From assembly GCA_030765605.1 (NCBI GenBank), contig JAVCCG010000095.1, positions 7,489 through 71,488 on the forward strand: DNA of 64,000 bases, read 5' to 3'. Position numbers and translations under genes: made by a program. The stretch comes from Candidatus Alcyoniella australis. GTDB lineage: Bacteria; Lernaellota; Lernaellaia; JAVCCG01; Alcyoniellaceae. Of this stretch, positions 59,930 through 64,000 are shown piece after piece (position 1 is the stretch's first letter; each line of letters starts with the position of its first letter). A model generated the notes under the pieces. The model was given only the letters and a program-made list of their open reading frames with translations, was not told where the DNA came from and ran no database searches.

Positions 59930-61723
59930 ATGAAACTCACCGGCGGCGAGATTGTAGTCGAGATGTTGATCCGGCACCACGTGCCCTTTGCCTTCGGCAT
60001 TCCGGGGCACGGCTGCCTGGCGCTGGCCGACGCGTTCGTGGGGCGCGAGGAGCGCATCAAGCTGCTGGGGGTCAAGCAGGAGATGTCTGGCGGCCACGCT
60101 GCCGACGCCTATTACCGCGTCACGGGCCAGCCGCTGTGCATGTTCACCTCGATCGGCCCCGGCGCGCTGAACACGGCCATTGCCGCGGCCACGGCCTTTG
60201 TGGATTCGCGCGCGCTTTTAATCATCACCGGCTCGGCGCACACGCACATGCGCGGCAAAGGGCTGCTGCAGGAGGTCGAGCGCACGCAGGACGACGACCT
60301 GGCCCAGGCGCTGCGGCCGCTGGTAAAACGCTCGTTCCGCGTATCCAACGTGGCGCTGCTGGCCTCGACCGTCAAACGCGCGTTCCAGACCATGCTCAGC
60401 GGACGCCCCGGCCCGGTGCACATTGAGCTGCCCATGGACATCCAGGCCCAGACCATCGAGGTCGAGCTGCCCGAGCCCTACGTGCCGGGCACCGGCGGGA
60501 TCAGCCCCGGCGACCCGCAGCTGGTGGCGCGAGCGGCCGAGATGCTGGCTACGGCGCAGCGTCCGGTGATTTTGGCCGGCGGCGGCGTACACATTGCGCG
60601 GGCCTACGACGAGCTGGCCGAGCTGGCCCACGCCTCGGGCGCGGCGGTTGTTACGACCATGGCGGGCAAGGGTTGCTTTGACGAGACCGATCCGCTCTAC
60701 GGCTGGCACACCGGGTCCAAGGGCACGCGCGTGGGGCTCGAGCTGACCTCCAAGGCCGACGTGCTGCTGGCCGTGGGCTGCCGCTTTGCCGACGAGACCT
60801 CCTCCTCCTACCGCCACGGCGTGAGCTTCAGCATTCCCGGCACCAAGCTGATCCAGGTCGACCTCGACCCGGCGGAGATCGGCAAGAACTACCCGGTCGA
60901 CGTCGGTATCCTGGGCGACATGCGCGGCGTACTGCCCGCGATTAGCGCCAAGCTCGAGGGCCGGACCATCGACCGCAGCGATTTTCACGCACACGTGGCA
61001 AAGCTGCGCACCCAGTGGCTCGATTACGTGCGAACGCTTGTGGAGCGCGAGCTCGAGCCGCCGACCATCTCGCGCCTGCTGAGCGAGCTGCGCCAGGCCC
61101 TGGCCGACGATGCCTTTGTGGTTACGTCGTCTGGCAACACCCAGGCGCAGATGCTCCAGGAGTTCCCGTTCTCCGTGCCCGGCACCTGCCTGACCACCGG
61201 GGGCTTTAGCGCCATGGGCTGGACCCTGCCAGCGGCCATCGGCGCCAAACTGGCGCGGCCCGAGCGCCAGGTGGTGGCGCTGCTGGGTGACGGCGATTTC
61301 CTGATGACCATGCAGGAGATGGCCACGGCAATCGAGCTGGGGACCAACGTTGTGGTCGTGCTGGCCAACAACCGCGGATGGTTGGCGATCTCGGATTTGC
61401 AGATGGACGCTTTCGGCCTTGAGCGTGCCTCGGGCACGCTGTTTACCACACCCGACGGCCAACGCTACACCCCGGACTTTGCCGCCTGCGCCCAAGCCTT
61501 TGGCTGGCACTCCGAACGCGTGGCGCGCGGCGACCAGATCGCCGATGCCATTGGCCGCGCCCTGGACGCGGGCAAACCGGCCCTGGTCGAGGTGATGGTC
61601 AGCGAGCAGTACCCCTACACCGGCTCCCCGGCCGTTGGCTGGTGGGACGTGCCGATCCCCGAATACCTCGGCGCCGAAAAACGCCAAGCCTACGAACAGG
61701 GCAAAAAAGAAGAGAAGCTGTAG
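59930..61723 (+). CDS. Thiamine-diphosphate enzyme, acetolactate synthase large-subunit superfamily
   Basis: FGIPGHG, KQE (catalytic Glu position), TSIGPGALN, GRPGPVHIELP, GDGDFLMT..N ThDP motif. Confidence 0.85.
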   Translation: MKLTGGEIVVEMLIRHHVPFAFGIPGHGCLALADAFVGREERIKLLGVKQEMSGGHAADAYYRVTGQPLCMFTSIGPGALNTAIAAATAFVDSRALLIITGSAHTHMRGKGLLQEVERTQDDDLAQALRPLVKRSFRVSNVALLASTVKRAFQTMLSGRPGPVHIELPMDIQAQTIEVELPEPYVPGTGGISPGDPQLVARAAEMLATAQRPVILAGGGVHIARAYDELAELAHASGAAVVTTMAGKGCFDETDPLYGWHTGSKGTRVGLELTSKADVLLAVGCRFADETSSSYRHGVSFSIPGTKLIQVDLDPAEIGKNYPVDVGILGDMRGVLPAISAKLEGRTIDRSDFHAHVAKLRTQWLDYVRTLVERELEPPTISRLLSELRQALADDAFVVTSSGNTQAQMLQEFPFSVPGTCLTTGGFSAMGWTLPAAIGAKLARPERQVVALLGDGDFLMTMQEMATAIELGTNVVVVLANNRGWLAISDLQMDAFGLERASGTLFTTPDGQRYTPDFAACAQAFGWHSERVARGDQIADAIGRALDAGKPALVEVMVSEQYPYTGSPAVGWWDVPIPEYLGAEKRQAYEQGKKEEKL

Positions 61724-61840
61724 CGCGAGCAGCAGGTACTAAATTGCGATTGATGAAGTCATTGCAAATTTATATCTTGACATTATTTTCATCTTATGGT
61801 AAGCGTCATACGATACGACATGTTTTTGTAACGGTTTTTA

Positions 61841-62183
61841 CCTGAATCAGCCGCTGGCCGCGGCCTATTACATGCGCGAGGAACTGCGCCAAATGTGGGA
61901 ACAGGACGACATCCCGGCGGCACGGGCGTTTCTCGAATCCTGGTGCGAACGGGCCGAAGCCTCGGGAATCCGAATGCTGATCAAGATGGCCAAAACCATC
62001 CGAATGCACCGATGGGGAATCTACGCTTGGTACGAACACCCGATCTCAACCGGGCCGCTCGAAGGAACCAACAACAAAATCAAAACCATGCAAAGGCAAG
62101 CGTATGGCTTTCGAGATAAGGAGTTTTTCATGCTGAAAATCTATGCGTTGCATCAGATGAAGTACGCATTAATCGGATGAGCC
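61841..62183 (+). mobile_element. 5'-truncated ISL3-family insertion sequence (transposase C-terminus plus right end)
   Basis: LNQPLAAAYYMREELRQMW..ISTGPLEGTNNKIKTMQRQAYGFRD..YALIG-stop, then GAGCC terminus; abrupt GC change at both edges. Confidence 0.88.
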
Positions 62184-62818
62184 CAAAAAAAAATATCTCC
62201 GGATGTCTATCTTTAGTCATTATACTTGGTGTACTGTTTTTCTTTGCTATTATTGGAGTACGACTAAGTGATGTTAAAAATCAAACCCCATCAAAGACTT
62301 CAGCGGTTATACATACACCCCAACCAACTCCTACTCCAATCGAATTACCGGCAAAACAAGTGGCGTTTACGCATGCAGTAACAATATTTTTCCATCAATA
62401 TAGAAGTGCACCAAATGAGTTAAAAAAATCTGCTCTACGCACACAGAGAAGAAACGGAATAAAAACCGCACTGGCCAATTCGCGATCTGTAAAGGATTGG
62501 ATTGGTAAAATCGACAACATGGGAACTAACTCCGAAGGTAAAGCATATATTTATATAAAAATGGAAAGTGAAGACAGGATCAAGCTAGGAACATGGAATA
62601 ACGCTTTTTCAGATATTGGGGCCAACACTCTAATTGATCAATCAAATCCACTATTTCATGTATTAGCCGAGCTGTCTGAAGGCAACAGAGTAATATTTAG
62701 CGGTACTTTTATCCAGAGTGATCAAGATTTTATTCGTGAATCAAGCCTAACCGAATTTGGCGCAATGACAGATCCTTCATTTATTTTTAAGTTTTCTACC
62801 CTTGAGTTATACAAATAG
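62177..62818 (+). CDS. Low-GC hypothetical single-TM protein (possible OB-fold domain)
   Basis: N-terminal TM, Pro/Thr linker, W.GKI..M..LAELSEGNRVIFSG.F pattern; AT-rich codon usage. Confidence 0.65.
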   Translation: MSPKKNISGCLSLVIILGVLFFFAIIGVRLSDVKNQTPSKTSAVIHTPQPTPTPIELPAKQVAFTHAVTIFFHQYRSAPNELKKSALRTQRRNGIKTALANSRSVKDWIGKIDNMGTNSEGKAYIYIKMESEDRIKLGTWNNAFSDIGANTLIDQSNPLFHVLAELSEGNRVIFSGTFIQSDQDFIRESSLTEFGAMTDPSFIFKFSTLELYK

Positions 62819-62819
62819 G

Positions 62820-63550
62820 GAGTTCCGGTGACACCGATAACCGCACTACTTCGCTAAAGCTTCATTACTACGTAAAAGCTCTCTAGTAAATGAGCAATCA
62901 CGAATACTATTTCTACCCGTAGGTTCCGAAAATTCAATCCGGCCAGGAATCGGGCATGATTGGACATCGGGCAAGGTGATTGCGGCTTGTAATGGAGTCG
63001 TTCAGCCTGGAGAAATCGGGGCATCAGCGTGTGCCTCGCCAAAAATAGATCGGGCCTGATTTGGTCGTTGGATGACGAGATGGCGGTGTTTTTCGTAGCA
63101 GGCATGGACCTATGAACAGACTAATCAAGCGCGGGGAATCCCAGTTCCCTCCGCTGCTCCGCCCATTCGACTGGAAAACCCTGGTGTAGCCGGGCGAGCG
63201 ACAGGCCCGACGGCTCCTTGCCGTCCAAAATGGCCTCGGATAATTCCAGGACAATTCCAGGGACACGATACTTAATTATTGACAAACAACCTGTTTTTGT
63301 TATCTTTTTCCCATGACACGGATATCGCGAGTGGTGGCCCCCGGGATTCCTCATCATATTACCCAACAGAGTTTTGGGGACACGAAACTTAATTGACTGT
63401 TGACGCTATAAATCTATTAGTGCTTATCTATCAGTTACTTTTGAGAGTTCGGGGGACATCATACTTAATTGACGGTCAGCCATATATACTGTTATTTGTA
63501 GTAATATCAGCTGATTTAATCGATAATAAAGTGTCATGTCCCCATAACTC
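62820..63550. repeat. Five copies of a ~26 bp GAGTTnnGGGGACAnnAnACTTAATT-type motif (4 direct, 1 inverted)
   Basis: 62820-62842 (degenerate), 63252-63277, 63369-63397, 63445-63473 forward; 63525-63550 reverse. Confidence 0.8.
63121..63243 (-). pseudogene. 3' fragment of a gene of the type found in serine-recombinase modules of integrative elements
   Basis: EAILDGKEPSGLSLARLHQGFPVEWAEQRRELGF resembles the AILDGxxPxxLxL..PxxWxEQ C-terminal motif (recalled, not searched); higher GC; cut at the repeat. Confidence 0.6.
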
Positions 63551-63849
63551 CCCTTTCTTCTTCTGAGAAATACGATACTAAATTTGAATATGCTAGACTT
63601 TGTAGATCTGACCTGAAAGGAACTGACATTACAGGAGCCAATTTAAAGAACTCAGATCTCCGCAATGCTGACTTGCGAACAAAGAGCTTTTGGAACGTAA
63701 ATAGTCTGGAAGGTGCTAAGTGGAATGAGAAGACAATATTTCCTGATGGTTTCGATATCGCCGAGCGTAAAAAACGAGGCATGATAGAAGAGAACCGAGA
63801 ACCTAACGTTAATTCGGACGAAGAAAATAGTTCTTCTAGATATACGTAG
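63550..63849 (+). pseudogene. 3' fragment of a pentapeptide-repeat protein (not in the ORF track)
   Basis: Open frame TKFEYARLCRSDLKGTDITGANLKNSDLRNADLRT..LEGAKWNEKTIFPDGFD to TAG 63849; no in-frame ATG/GTG/TTG between the upstream stop and the repeats. Confidence 0.75.
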
Positions 63850-64000
63850 ACAACGTAATGTAAGTTTCGCCGGCCGTATCACATACTGTAAATGATCACG
63901 TCAGCGTGCATCTAGTTCGCGACACTCCCTTCGACCTTCCTCATTTGGATCCTTTTGCTCTAGTTTTTATGTTTTTTATCTTGACAGAGATAAAGTAATT

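Noticed and set aside
63252..63550. CRISPR array interpretation of the GGGGACA..ACTTAATT repeats
   Set aside because: Copies are degenerate, spacing is irregular (117 and 76 nt), one copy is inverted, and there are no cas genes in the window.
62854..63882. ORF-track calls 62854-63105, 63024-63266, 63534-63782, 63652-63882
   Set aside because: No motifs; the last two are antisense to the pentapeptide-repeat fragment.

Overview
GC-rich diderm (LPS-making) bacterial chromosome segment. The gene order and the many Asp-rich lipoproteins suggest a deltaproteobacterial-grade lineage (inference only). Left to right: (1) phoH / 7TM-HD phosphodiesterase / ybeY / corC; (2) a ~6.5 kb accessory block with lipoproteins, a RAYT-type HUH (Y1) transposase and REP-like hairpins; (3) a long envelope operon lnt-prfB (programmed +1 frameshift)-lysS-lolC/E-lolD-bamA-skp-lpxD-fabZ-lpxA-gnnA-like-lpxI, continuing into a porin-like, a degenerate PHP-like and a GH127-like gene; (4) a lone receiver-domain gene with a sigma54-type promoter; (5) an aminotransferase-ALDH-glutaryl-CoA DH-3-hydroxyacyl-CoA DH catabolic operon; (6) a complete NAD-linked group 3d [NiFe]-hydrogenase locus hoxFUYHW-hypF(short)CDEAB, divergent from a formate/nitrite channel; (7) pgi and a nitronate monooxygenase-family gene; (8) two paralogous repeat-domain lipoproteins plus a TonB-dependent receptor; (9) a GT-C glycosyltransferase and an ilvD-like/ThDP-enzyme pair; (10) from ~61.7 kb, the edge of a low-GC island with an ISL3 remnant and gene fragments. 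The most notable unexplained signals are a ~175 bp element present twice (10.1 kb and 55.3 kb) whose two terminal hairpins covary and swap places, five GGGGACA..ACTTAATT-type repeats at 62.8-63.55 kb at which neighbouring genes are cut off, the triplicated lipoprotein domain beside the TonB receptor, and a Kae1-domain-only HypF. No rRNA, tRNA or CRISPR array was recognised. All calls come from reading motifs by eye; no database searches were run.
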